From: an uncultured Spirochaetota bacterium | GTDB taxonomy: Bacteria; Spirochaetota; Brevinematia; Brevinematales; JAOACQ01 | Assembly: GCA_963783575.1 (NCBI GenBank) | Contig: CAWAOD010000011.1 | Coordinates: 544,001 to 608,000, forward strand | Reading direction: 5' to 3' | DNA length: 64,000 nt | Part shown: positions 1 to 10,112 of the stretch, one piece after another | Position numbering within the stretch: position 1 is the first letter of the stretch | Layout: each line of letters begins with the position of its first letter | The notes under the pieces: model-generated | What the model was told of the DNA's origin: nothing | Seen by the model: only the letters and a program-made list of their open reading frames with translations | Database searches by the model: none | Position numbers and translations under genes: made by a program

Positions 1-3000
1 AATCTGGATCAATTAATTAAGGATTTAGTGGATTCTACTGGTAAAATAATAGACGAAAAATATGGCGAGGCTCTTGCTGGGTTGGCATATGTAATTTATA
101 GCAACATTTTCAAATTTATCAAAAATAAAAAAGCTAAGAAAGAAGTTGAAGAAAAGATAAAAGAAAATATCAAAAAACAAGGAAATGAAAATATTCCAAA
201 AGTAGTAATGGTGGATTCATTGCAGGTACTCTTACATATCGCCCAGAAACTAAGTAAAGATATTGATTCCAGGTTATTCCTGAATGAATTTTGTGCGGCC
301 GTGAGATCGCATTTTAAAGAATCTTTAATCCTGTTTATCGGCGAATATCATTTTCAAGATAATCAGAATTTATTTATCGGATCCGAAAGCTTTTTATGTG
401 ATACTGAAATAGTATTATTTTCCGAGCCTGTTTCAATCTCGGATTTAGCTCCTGCCGAAACCAAATATCCCAGCCCTCTTGGAAGTACAACACTTTCAAC
501 CTTCGATAAGCAAATGAAGGGAGTTCAGACACAGTCTTTTTGCCGTGTTCTTAAGTCCAGAAGTACCCCGAACCAGTGCCGAAGATGTGCCTATGATATT
601 GTAGCAGGAAAAGGGATCGAATTTTATGAAACCTACCCCGGCGATGGTCATCTTTTATTGTTTGCAGAGAATGAAAACCAGAAGAATATTTGGGAGTCAT
701 TTTTTAGTGAAGAATTGCCTCACCTTTATCCCTCGCTCAGGTATGAGTATTTTGACCGTGCCAGCCTTCAAAGAACACCTGCGGCTCAAAGACGCTTCCG
801 TTATGTTCCCCGTCGAACGGATATGTATCTGGCCAGTTTTGACAATTACTGGATCAACTGGTATTCAGAACTTTGTGTCCGGTGGCTGGTATCTTCAGTA
901 TTTGAAAATGAATTTAAAGGAAATGAATTAAGCAAAAAAGAGGAGGAAATATTCTCAAAGGCGGTCAACCATATCACGGCAATTTTGTTAAGCGATGATA
1001 AGATGGTAGAAAATATATCGGCGGCAATTAAAGTTAAAATTAAGAAGCCTTCAAAAGTATTGGAAATAACACATGAATTGATAGAAAAAATTACCACCGA
1101 CGAACGCAAAGAAAAAAAGGCGAGCAGGCAGTGTCTCCGTTGCCAATGGGGCCGACAGGTCATCCTACAGGTATGTCATCATATGAATATTACCGGAAAC
1201 TCGGAATTAGCAAAAAATTCTTTTAACATGGCAATAAATCAATTGAAGAACGCCTTGAATGATGAGATACAAGATAATAACAAGAAAGATTTAATAATTG
1301 ATATGAAAACAAAAATAATAGAAAGGGTTGAAGATAAGCAAAGAAATATCGTAAATGAATTAGAAGAAGAAGAAATTAAAGATGTCTTTATTCGCTTATT
1401 AAAATGGAGCGGTGACATCAGTTTCGCATCGGAATGCGGAATAAAAAACATTGCTTTTGCTAATAATAAATATATTGATAAGCCATGGGAAATTTTGAAG
1501 GAAGACAAAAATATTACCTGCTTTTATAAAGACAGAATAAATTCATATTTCAAAGATATTAGTATTAAAGGAATGAATATGGATGTTATCTGTCAGGACA
1601 TTATTAATAAAACGGTTATTAATCCGATTGATCGCCTATTTAAACCCGATTGTACAAAACTTGTATTACAATTTATTAACAGAAAGAATGATCTTGACGG
1701 TAAAGATATTAATTCTAGCAAAATACATGACAGGAATTTAATTTTAATTGCCGAAATAATTTTATCCGTTCTCGATGATAAAGAACGTATAATGCTGCAC
1801 CAAATCGATCCGGAAAAGTTAAGGCTTTTTGGCGAACGCAAATCCAGAATAATACCGGAACTCGAACGAGATCAACCCGGTCAGAACAGGCCAATTCACA
1901 GGCCGTACTGGCTCTTCGCCATGCAGAACAGGAATTTCTATCAGTCAATACCTTATGACGCAAATATCAGTTTTATCATTTATAAAACCGGTATCTGGAA
2001 TACCTTCATGGAAGATTTGAAAAATAATGATGAAAAATCCAGATATATGGAATTCATTAATGATATTGTTCTTGAAGAAAATCTTATTGTGAATCAGGCA
2101 ATTAATGATTATAGTGGAATCTTTAATGATATTTGTAAAATTGGTGTGGCTCATCAGGATGATATGAAACTTTCGAATGAAATCAAAAAAGAAAATATTA
2201 AGGAATATTTCAATTCTAAATTTTACAGTAAAAGCCACCCTGAAACCTGGGAAGAAATTATCGCATATTTCCTGATGAATCCTGATGAAAGATCTAATAA
2301 AAAATTTATTTTTGAAACATCCGTACTGGATTCCTGGTTTGCCACAATGCTTGAGTTTATCTGGAGCTGTGGAGGCAACCTTCGTGTGCTCCCCGATTAC
2401 AGCATAGTCAATTTAAAAGATACTTTCAAGGCTTTGACACTAGCATTCTATATTATATCTGTAATGTTCAAAAATGGAATCATACCTTATGATTCAACTT
2501 TGCAACCGGAGGAGTTTATTAATCGATACGCAGGTAATAATAAAAAAGAAAATAAAAGCAACTGGATTTTTGCGAGGCATTGGTATTCCACATTTATTGA
2601 TGTTTTATCCTTAAAGAATGAAGGCAAAAAAAAAGAATTTAGATGGAATGAGGATGAAGAAATTGACATAATGCCAATTCCACTATCCATTAATACAGTG
2701 ATTGATAAAAAAGGTAAGATAGAACATGTTTCATGCTGGGGTGATTGGCATTTTGCCCTTGTTAATGGAACTGAAAATGTCGAACTTGGCATTGATTTGA
2801 TAAACTATCTCATGAACAGCGACAGTATATGTGAACGTGCATTTGCAAGTGCAACGGTCCCGACCGTAGATGCTTTTTATGAACTTTATGGACATAACCG
2901 CTGTTTCAATGTACCCGATCAAAAAGAGAAATTGATTCCTAAAACAACATTTAACCAATTAAAACAGAATTATTTCAGGAATGCAAAATCCAGGTCGCAG

Positions 3001-3198
3001 ATATTTGATTACCACCACTGCATCCGCGAACTTCATTCGGTCCTGGAGTTTACTCGTCAGGCTAAGTATGATAACAACAATAATAATAATAAAAAATGGG
3101 ATTTGAGCTATGAATTTAAAAATAATTTAACTGTCAAAATTAAAGATGCGCTTATAAAAATAATTGAGTTCTCAGACAAGAATTTTTTGCATTCGTAA
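1..3198 (+). CDS. Large hypothetical protein, 5'-partial; C-terminus weakly resembles an extracellular solute-binding protein lobe
   Basis: The frame is open from base 1 (NLDQLIKDLV...), so the GTG at 28 is probably not the true start. >1056 aa. C-terminal SCWGDWHFALVNGTENVELGIDLINYLMN...ATVPT resembles the sugar-binding-protein GGW..i...s.n.e.A..fi.fl segment. Function not assignable. Confidence 0.6.
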   Translation, partial: NLDQLIKDLVDSTGKIIDEKYGEALAGLAYVIYSNIFKFIKNKKAKKEVEEKIKENIKKQGNENIPKVVMVDSLQVLLHIAQKLSKDIDSRLFLNEFCAAVRSHFKESLILFIGEYHFQDNQNLFIGSESFLCDTEIVLFSEPVSISDLAPAETKYPSPLGSTTLSTFDKQMKGVQTQSFCRVLKSRSTPNQCRRCAYDIVAGKGIEFYETYPGDGHLLLFAENENQKNIWESFFSEELPHLYPSLRYEYFDRASLQRTPAAQRRFRYVPRRTDMYLASFDNYWINWYSELCVRWLVSSVFENEFKGNELSKKEEEIFSKAVNHITAILLSDDKMVENISAAIKVKIKKPSKVLEITHELIEKITTDERKEKKASRQCLRCQWGRQVILQVCHHMNITGNSELAKNSFNMAINQLKNALNDEIQDNNKKDLIIDMKTKIIERVEDKQRNIVNELEEEEIKDVFIRLLKWSGDISFASECGIKNIAFANNKYIDKPWEILKEDKNITCFYKDRINSYFKDISIKGMNMDVICQDIINKTVINPIDRLFKPDCTKLVLQFINRKNDLDGKDINSSKIHDRNLILIAEIILSVLDDKERIMLHQIDPEKLRLFGERKSRIIPELERDQPGQNRPIHRPYWLFAMQNRNFYQSIPYDANISFIIYKTGIWNTFMEDLKNNDEKSRYMEFINDIVLEENLIVNQAINDYSGIFNDICKIGVAHQDDMKLSNEIKKENIKEYFNSKFYSKSHPETWEEIIAYFLMNPDERSNKKFIFETSVLDSWFATMLEFIWSCGGNLRVLPDYSIVNLKDTFKALTLAFYIISVMFKNGIIPYDSTLQPEEFINRYAGNNKKENKSNWIFARHWYSTFIDVLSLKNEGKKKEFRWNEDEEIDIMPIPLSINTVIDKKGKIEHVSCWGDWHFALVNGTENVELGIDLINYLMNSDSICERAFASATVPTVDAFYELYGHNRCFNVPDQKEKLIPKTTFNQLKQNYFRNAKSRSQIFDYHHCIRELHSVLEFTRQAKYDNNNNNNKKWDLSYEFKNNLTVKIKDALIKIIEFSDKNFLHS

Positions 3199-3240
3199 AT
3201 CATTAAAACCTTCAAAAAATAAGTTAATAGGCGGTTCTAT

Positions 3241-5394
3241 ATGTATAGTAATGAGAAAATCTATAGGGATAAATATGGTATACCTCATTTACAATGTAAT
3301 TCTAAAGAAGAATTATTCAGGGGACAGGGGTATGTTCATGCTGTTGACAGAGGCATGCAGATGATACTGATGAGAATTCTCGGGCGGGGGATGACTTCCG
3401 AACTCCTTGACTCCAGCGATGAAATGCTGGGGATTGATAAATTTTTCAGAAAAATGAACTGGGCGGGATATACTTCTGAAGAAATAGAAAAATTGACTGA
3501 GGAAACAAAACTATATTTAACAGCATATTGTAATGGAATTAATGAGGCTCTGTCAAAAAAATTTCCCTGGGAATTTAAATTGCTTGGAGTGAAATTTGAG
3601 CCTTGGGAAATAAAAGATATAATCCAGATTTCAAGGATGATCGGGTATCTGACTCTTTCGCAAGCACAGGGAGAAATGGAAAGGCTGCTTGTTGAAATGG
3701 TTCAGGCAGGAATAGGCCGTGAAAGACTGGAAGAATTGTTCCCTGGGATACTTGGGGGCCTTGATATTGAATTGATTAAAAAAGTCGTTATTCAGGAAAG
3801 AATGGTACCGAATTCAAAACTATGGAATATAGTGATTCCCAGGATGATGGCTTCAAACAACTGGGTTGTATCCGGTAAGAAAACTGTTTCAGGGAAAGCC
3901 ATGCTTGCAAATGATCCCCATCTTGAAGTAAACAGGCTTCCTAGTGTTTGGTATGACTTGTTTATTGAATTTGATGGAAGATTTATTTATGGCGCCTCAA
4001 TGCCAGGCGTTCCGGGAATTTTAATAGGCAGATCCAATGATTTATCCTGGGGAGTTACATATTCATTTATGGATGCAGAGGATTCCTGGGTTGAAAAATG
4101 TAAGGATAAAAAATATTACAGGGAAGACGGAGGCTGGTTTCCATTTCATACCAGGAAGGAAATAATTAAAAGAAAAGGAAAAGAGCCTGTAGAATCGGTT
4201 TTTTATGAAAATGACCATGGCGTGCTGGACGGTGATCCTTCGGTTGAAGGCTATTACCTGGCAACAAAATGGGCTTCAGGTAAATCCGGGGCGGATTCAG
4301 TGATTAATATTCTGAAATTATTAGACGCAACGAATGTAGAGGAGGGAATGAACTGTCTTGGGAAGGTTGAAAGCTCATGGAATTTTGTTTTAGCTGACAG
4401 CAAAGGGAATATCGGATATCAGATGAGCGGCCTGATGCCGAAAAGACGCGGGGGTGTCAGCGGTTTTGTACCTTTGCCGGGATGGGATAAACAAAACGAC
4501 TGGAATGGATTTGAAGACTTTAAAAATCTTCCGCATGTCATTAACCCGAAGGAAGGCTTTTTTGCTACTGCAAATCAGGATCTCAATCAGTACGGCAAAG
4601 TAAAACCTATCAATATGCCGATGGGAAATTACAGAGCCGAAAGAATAAAGCAGCTATTAAATCATGATAAAAAATTTGTACCGGAAGATTTTTTTCAGAT
4701 GCAAATGGATGTTTATTCTATTCAGGCGGAAGAGTTTATGAAAATATTAAAACCGCTTTTACCTGATACAGAAAATGGAAAAATTTTAAAAGACTGGGAT
4801 TGCCGTTATAATCCGGATTCCAGGGGAGCATTCCTTTTCGAAGAATTTTATAAGGAACTTTACAGGGAAGTGTTCGGCAGCAATATGGGAACTGAACTGA
4901 TGGATTTTTTAAGACAGGAAACCGGTACATTTGTGGATTTTTTCATGAACTTCGACAGGATTTTATTAAAAGAAAAATCTTTGTGGTTTAATGAGCAGGA
5001 CAGGGAAAATATATTCAAGAAGACCGCAGATAAAATTATGAAAATCAAGCCAAAACGATGGAAAGAAGTTCAGAAGGTTATTTTCAGGAATATTCTATTT
5101 GGCGGTAAATTACCGGTATTTCTGGGATTTGACAGAGGGCCGGTTACAATAATCGGAGGGCGGGCTACCATTCACCAAGGGCAGATTTACAGGAGCGCCG
5201 GGAGGGAAACAACTTTCGTTCCAACTTTCAGGTTTGTTATGGACTTTGCAGGGAAAGAATCCTATTCGGCTATGGCTGGCGGACCCAGTGACAGAAGATT
5301 TTCAAAATGGTATATATCCGGTTTAAGAGGATGGATAAATGGGAAATTTAAAACGCTAAAGCCAAACCCGGGAAGGAAAATAAAATTTAACTAA
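3241..5394 (+). CDS. Penicillin acylase family (Ntn-hydrolase), no signal peptide
   Basis: RDKYGIPH, GQGYVHAVDR, canonical beta-chain start ASNNWVVSG, MLANDPHL, ATANQ, GGPSD near the C-terminus. Confidence 0.92.
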   Translation: MYSNEKIYRDKYGIPHLQCNSKEELFRGQGYVHAVDRGMQMILMRILGRGMTSELLDSSDEMLGIDKFFRKMNWAGYTSEEIEKLTEETKLYLTAYCNGINEALSKKFPWEFKLLGVKFEPWEIKDIIQISRMIGYLTLSQAQGEMERLLVEMVQAGIGRERLEELFPGILGGLDIELIKKVVIQERMVPNSKLWNIVIPRMMASNNWVVSGKKTVSGKAMLANDPHLEVNRLPSVWYDLFIEFDGRFIYGASMPGVPGILIGRSNDLSWGVTYSFMDAEDSWVEKCKDKKYYREDGGWFPFHTRKEIIKRKGKEPVESVFYENDHGVLDGDPSVEGYYLATKWASGKSGADSVINILKLLDATNVEEGMNCLGKVESSWNFVLADSKGNIGYQMSGLMPKRRGGVSGFVPLPGWDKQNDWNGFEDFKNLPHVINPKEGFFATANQDLNQYGKVKPINMPMGNYRAERIKQLLNHDKKFVPEDFFQMQMDVYSIQAEEFMKILKPLLPDTENGKILKDWDCRYNPDSRGAFLFEEFYKELYREVFGSNMGTELMDFLRQETGTFVDFFMNFDRILLKEKSLWFNEQDRENIFKKTADKIMKIKPKRWKEVQKVIFRNILFGGKLPVFLGFDRGPVTIIGGRATIHQGQIYRSAGRETTFVPTFRFVMDFAGKESYSAMAGGPSDRRFSKWYISGLRGWINGKFKTLKPNPGRKIKFN

Positions 5395-5497
5395 CGGGAA
5401 GGCTTCGCTTATTGGATACGGAAACAATGATTGTTATAAATAGTGCATTATTTGTAATATTAGTGAATATTTATTATAATTTACCCTTAATAAAAGG

Positions 5498-5938
5498 ATG
5501 ATCAATATGAAACTGATTCAAATCTTTTATAAGACTATTTATTTTCTAACAGGTATTGTGTCTTTAGTTGTGGGTCTTTGGTTCCTTACAGCAAAGCAGT
5601 TTTTCTATTATCATGCTCAAGCAACCGGTTTGAAATGGGAACAAATCGATCAAAAGCTGCAGCTCATCATTCTGGCTTTAATGAAGGTCGGCGGCGTTGG
5701 ATATATTGCACTTTCACTTTTTTTGATTATTTTTACAATAACCGGTGATTTTGAAAAAAACCGGGTTCTTAAAATATCAATTCCAGTAATTACGATATTT
5801 TTCTATTGCGGGATTTTTGTAATCACTTTTTATGTATATATGCTGACGAAAGCAAATACTCCCTGGAATTTATCTCTTATTGAGATTATAATGCTTTTTA
5901 TTGCGATGATTTTATCTTTTATAAAAATAAAGAAATAA
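5498..5938 (+). CDS. Small integral membrane protein (about 4 TM), unknown function
   Basis: 146-aa ORF with four hydrophobic segments; AAAAGG just upstream. Confidence 0.7.
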   Translation: MINMKLIQIFYKTIYFLTGIVSLVVGLWFLTAKQFFYYHAQATGLKWEQIDQKLQLIILALMKVGGVGYIALSLFLIIFTITGDFEKNRVLKISIPVITIFFYCGIFVITFYVYMLTKANTPWNLSLIEIIMLFIAMILSFIKIKK

Positions 5939-5986
5939 TAATTTAGTTTCCTTTCCTCCAATGGTTTTGATAATAAAATAATTGGG

Positions 5987-7387
5987 TTGATTACTTCTAT
6001 GAAAAACAGTTCATTTGATGGAAAATCAATATGGATATCTACAATAAAATTAAGTTTACCGATGTTATTGTCAAATGTATTAACTACATTTTATACAATA
6101 ATTGATACATATTTTATTTCTTTAATCGATAAAAAATCGACGGCTTATATAAGTGCCGTATCAATCATTAACCCGGTGTTTTTTATTTTTATCGCTTTAA
6201 GCAGCGGTTTATTTATAGGAATAAGTTCTTTAATAGCCAGAAGTTACGGCGAGGGCGATGAGAAGAAAGAAGCAAGCGGATTAATATCGGGACTGACCAT
6301 TTCAATCATTATTTCAATCATTACACTTTTATTCGGTTATATTTTTTTAAAAGATTTGGTAAGGCTCTTTGCAGGAAAAGAATTGTCGGCAGTAGCAATC
6401 AAAAGCGCCGAGGAATTTTTATTTTATTTGCTTCCAGGGTATTGCCTGATGCTGATCGGGAGATCATTATTCGGCGTTTTACAGGGGAAAGGACAGAATT
6501 TTCATATTGCAATTGCCGTTTTAATTTCTAATATATTAAACTGCATATTGGACCCGGTATTCATATTTTATTTTAAGATGGGTGTCGGGGGCGCGGGTCT
6601 TGCGACAAGCCTATCAATACTATTTACTGCAATATATGTACTGACATTATTTGCATTTAATAAATTTAAAATATCATTTGGTATTAAATATCTGAATTTT
6701 CATACAATCAAGGAAATATTACAGATTGGGATAACTCAATCCATAGGCATCTTATCATTATCAGTTTCATTCATCATTGTAAATAAAATTGTCGGCTCTA
6801 TAGGTGAGACGGAAATGAATGCGTTTGGTCTATGCGGCAGGCTTGATCAATTAACATTTTTACCTATATTTGCGATTGCTTCATCAACAGTAACAATAAC
6901 CGGCTATTATTTCGGCAAAAAAAATTATAATATCATCAAAGAAATATTTATAAAGAATTCGATTCTTGGAATCCTTAGTATGCTGGCATTAATATTGATT
7001 TATATTATTTTTTCTCCTCAATTATTCGCTTTATTTTCCGACAATCAAACCGTAATAAATAAAGCTGTTTATCAGGCCCGGATAGTTTCATTAAGTTTCC
7101 TTGGGATAGCGCTGGAATCAATAGCAGTATCCACATTCCAGGGGATGAAATATCCCCCGCCGTCTTTTTTGCTTATAATAATCAGAATGTTTATTGTAAT
7201 CCTTCCGCTTTCTTATTTTTTTGTATTTTTTTTAAAATTAGGTATGAATGGAATATTTATTAGCTATATAATCGCTCATATCAACACAGGCATAATTTCC
7301 TGTATCTGGATTTATTATTATCTCAAGAAATATAACTTATGGAGAGAAACTGTTAAAGTTGAAAATCCGGCTCTGATCCGATTTTAA
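5987..7387 (+). CDS. MATE family efflux transporter
   Basis: LSLPMLLSN..TFYTIIDTYFIS, NCILDPVFIFYFKMGVGGAGLAT, about 12 TM with internal duplication; start may be the ATG near 6000. Confidence 0.92.
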   Translation: MITSMKNSSFDGKSIWISTIKLSLPMLLSNVLTTFYTIIDTYFISLIDKKSTAYISAVSIINPVFFIFIALSSGLFIGISSLIARSYGEGDEKKEASGLISGLTISIIISIITLLFGYIFLKDLVRLFAGKELSAVAIKSAEEFLFYLLPGYCLMLIGRSLFGVLQGKGQNFHIAIAVLISNILNCILDPVFIFYFKMGVGGAGLATSLSILFTAIYVLTLFAFNKFKISFGIKYLNFHTIKEILQIGITQSIGILSLSVSFIIVNKIVGSIGETEMNAFGLCGRLDQLTFLPIFAIASSTVTITGYYFGKKNYNIIKEIFIKNSILGILSMLALILIYIIFSPQLFALFSDNQTVINKAVYQARIVSLSFLGIALESIAVSTFQGMKYPPPSFLLIIIRMFIVILPLSYFFVFFLKLGMNGIFISYIIAHINTGIISCIWIYYYLKKYNLWRETVKVENPALIRF

Positions 7388-7484
7388 AGAACCTTCAGCT
7401 TTCAAACCTTTTGCAATATGATACATTATTATAAATACTGCAATTTTCTTTGTAATAAATCTTTCCTATAACCTTCTAAAATTA

Positions 7485-10094
7485 TCATCTCTGATCCTTC
7501 AGGCCGGAAGGTCTTAACAATAAAGTGTCAACGGCAGACTTTTCAATGCTTTCTTTACTGAACGGCATTGTATGGTACTTAAGTTCAGCCCATAACTTCA
7601 TCTGGTCCTCGCGGTGCGGATTGAAAATCTGTGCACTCTCACCGGAAGATAAAATAGTCTGCATATTATCAGGATTTTCAAGAGGGATAATATGCCTTTC
7701 ATTGGCTGCGAATGCAATGTTATATTTTAAAGGCGGAAAAGTATAACTAAATGCAAAAGCTATGGAAGTTGGGCTTCCTGCAAACGGAAGAGTCTGTATG
7801 CTGTTAAAAAACAAATTGATTACAGGAACATTGCCAAGGATCTGATGCTTTAAATTTACTGTCTGCACTTTATTCAGAGTCCATTTTGACGGATCTTTTC
7901 CATAATTTGCGGCCAGGTATTTGATTGCGCTCTTCAAGCTGATTTTTGCTATGTCATCCCTGGTTTCTATTTTATCTGTTGTAAAAACATTGTCAAACCA
8001 TGGATTATTTGCATTGGATATTATTTTAACCAGCGATTGAATATGTTTGAGCGGCAGGTAAAATCCCCATACCTGCTTTTGCTCAAGTTCATCATTGAAC
8101 GTATTCACATCCATATATGAATACCAAACAGAAAAAATAGAAGCTCCAATGCTGTTTAGATCATAACGGGCATCCCATTTCCTGGCATAATCCAGGACTT
8201 TTGCTTCCAATTCGTTATCCGGCTTTAATGCGGCTAGGTATTTATTTAAAGTTTGAGCGGCATAGGAGAAATTATCTCCCTGAATTTGCTTCATATCTTC
8301 CATAGTGATCGGTTTACGGTTCGATATTAATGTGCTTAACTGATGGACAAGGCTTCTGGCTCTGTAACCTGGGTGGAACCAGTCATAAGTGAATTTATAG
8401 GGATATGCGTCGGTTACTGTTTTATTATTTGCCGTTGCGACAAAACCTGTAGGAGGATTGAATAAATTGGGCAAAAGGCTGAATGGGATGTAACCTTTCC
8501 ACTCATATTCCCCGGTCCATCCCGGTACCGGGACGGTACCAAGGTGCTTTGAATTCCTTATTGGTATTTTCGCTGCTGCCTGGTAGCCGATATTACCCTG
8601 GATGTCGGCGTAAATGAAGCTTTCACCCAGGTTATCCCAATAGCTTAAGGCGCTGCGGAATTCATCCCAATTCCTGGCCTGGTTTAGCATAAAAATGGAT
8701 TTTATTGAGATGCAGCCGTCATGAACGGCCCAGCGAAGCGCCAGAGGTTCGCTTCCTTTCCATCTGTCCCTTTGAAGCGGCAACCATCTCCCGGCGAAAT
8801 TGGTTTTATTTTTTACATCCTGCAGGTCGTCTTTGGTAATTTTAACCAGGTCGTTTACAATAGGTCCATGGCGGGTGAAAAGAAGATCAAGTACCACGGG
8901 CTGTTGGCCTTTTACATTAATGACTTCTTTTTTCTTTTCCAGATCGTACCATTTGCCCATATAAAGATATTGTTTTGGGTTTTCCGGATTATCAAGTTTT
9001 TCCATATATAAATCCTGTACATCGGGATTTAAATTAACAAATCCCCAGGAAATATCCTTGTTATGGCCTAATAGAATGAGAGGTTCTCCGGGAAGCGAAA
9101 AACCGCTGACGTCGAAACGCCCTCCATGCAGGCCGACTTCATACCAGACGGAAGGAATATTAAGGCCCATATGTACATCACAGGCAAGGATCGGTTTGCC
9201 GGATTCTGTATATTGCCCGCTGACGGCCCATGCGCCGCTGGCCCAGCCGAATGTCGATGAACCGGTAATATAGTCTTCCAGGCTTACCGTTCCTTTGATT
9301 TTATTGTTTTTAAGCCAAATATATTTATCCGCAAAATAATTTTCCGGGATAATATTGTTTTTTTTAGATTTATCGATTCGGGATAAAATGTTTTTCCTCC
9401 AGGAATACTTTTCCAGTTCTTTTGTAATTATTTCGGGATTGTCCTCATCCCAGGCCGGAAGCGCATCATCCGTCATTTTTTCGCCAAGTTTTGCTATCAT
9501 CTGTGCCCGGAAAAGTTCATAACTGAAGTTTACGGCATTCAATAAAGCCATTACATTTCCAAAACTCATCGAATCAAGTGGCGTCCATTTTGAAGGTTTA
9601 ATTTTCAGTAAAGTAAATTCTAACGGCAAGTTATCTTTATGAGTGTCTATATAGGCGTTAATACCGTCGCAATATGCCTGCAATTGGGCTTTAATATCAT
9701 CATCCAGCAAAGGATATGATTTTTCGGCAATTCTGCGCATCCCGTATACTCGCATTGCCTTATCCGTACCGACTCCTGGTTTTCCTACCATTTCGCTTAA
9801 GGTTCCGTTTCCAAGGCGGTGATGAATTTCCAGCTGATATAAACGGTCCTGTGCATGGACATACCCCTGCGCGAAAAACAGGTCATGATCGTTTTCAGCA
9901 TATATGTTAGGTATTCCCCATTTATCCCTCCTGACAGTTACATTTGACTGAAGTCCTTTTACTTCAAGTTTCCCGCTGACCTGCGGCCAGGGTTTTGTTA
10001 TTAAGAATGTTATCATAATAGCCGCAATCAAAATGATGACAGCTATTACAATTCCTGTTATTTTAATAACTTTCAGCTTTGATTTTTTTTTCAT
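7485..10094 (-). CDS. Membrane-anchored penicillin acylase family Ntn-hydrolase, last gene of the NRPS/PKS operon
   Basis: Basic N-terminus plus one TM helix; RDKWGIPNIYA, AQGYVHAQDRL, beta-chain start ASGAWAVSG, ILACDVHMG, ATANNK, SGES; GAGGT RBS; 18-bp gap after the PKS stop. Confidence 0.9.
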   Translation of the reverse strand: MKKKSKLKVIKITGIVIAVIILIAAIMITFLITKPWPQVSGKLEVKGLQSNVTVRRDKWGIPNIYAENDHDLFFAQGYVHAQDRLYQLEIHHRLGNGTLSEMVGKPGVGTDKAMRVYGMRRIAEKSYPLLDDDIKAQLQAYCDGINAYIDTHKDNLPLEFTLLKIKPSKWTPLDSMSFGNVMALLNAVNFSYELFRAQMIAKLGEKMTDDALPAWDEDNPEIITKELEKYSWRKNILSRIDKSKKNNIIPENYFADKYIWLKNNKIKGTVSLEDYITGSSTFGWASGAWAVSGQYTESGKPILACDVHMGLNIPSVWYEVGLHGGRFDVSGFSLPGEPLILLGHNKDISWGFVNLNPDVQDLYMEKLDNPENPKQYLYMGKWYDLEKKKEVINVKGQQPVVLDLLFTRHGPIVNDLVKITKDDLQDVKNKTNFAGRWLPLQRDRWKGSEPLALRWAVHDGCISIKSIFMLNQARNWDEFRSALSYWDNLGESFIYADIQGNIGYQAAAKIPIRNSKHLGTVPVPGWTGEYEWKGYIPFSLLPNLFNPPTGFVATANNKTVTDAYPYKFTYDWFHPGYRARSLVHQLSTLISNRKPITMEDMKQIQGDNFSYAAQTLNKYLAALKPDNELEAKVLDYARKWDARYDLNSIGASIFSVWYSYMDVNTFNDELEQKQVWGFYLPLKHIQSLVKIISNANNPWFDNVFTTDKIETRDDIAKISLKSAIKYLAANYGKDPSKWTLNKVQTVNLKHQILGNVPVINLFFNSIQTLPFAGSPTSIAFAFSYTFPPLKYNIAFAANERHIIPLENPDNMQTILSSGESAQIFNPHREDQMKLWAELKYHTMPFSKESIEKSAVDTLLLRPSGLKDQR

Positions 10095-10112
10095 TTTTAT
10101 ACCTCATTTATC

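Noticed and set aside
3073..3096. AAC/AAT triplet run encoding poly-Asn
   Set aside because: Short low-complexity tract expected in AT-rich coding DNA
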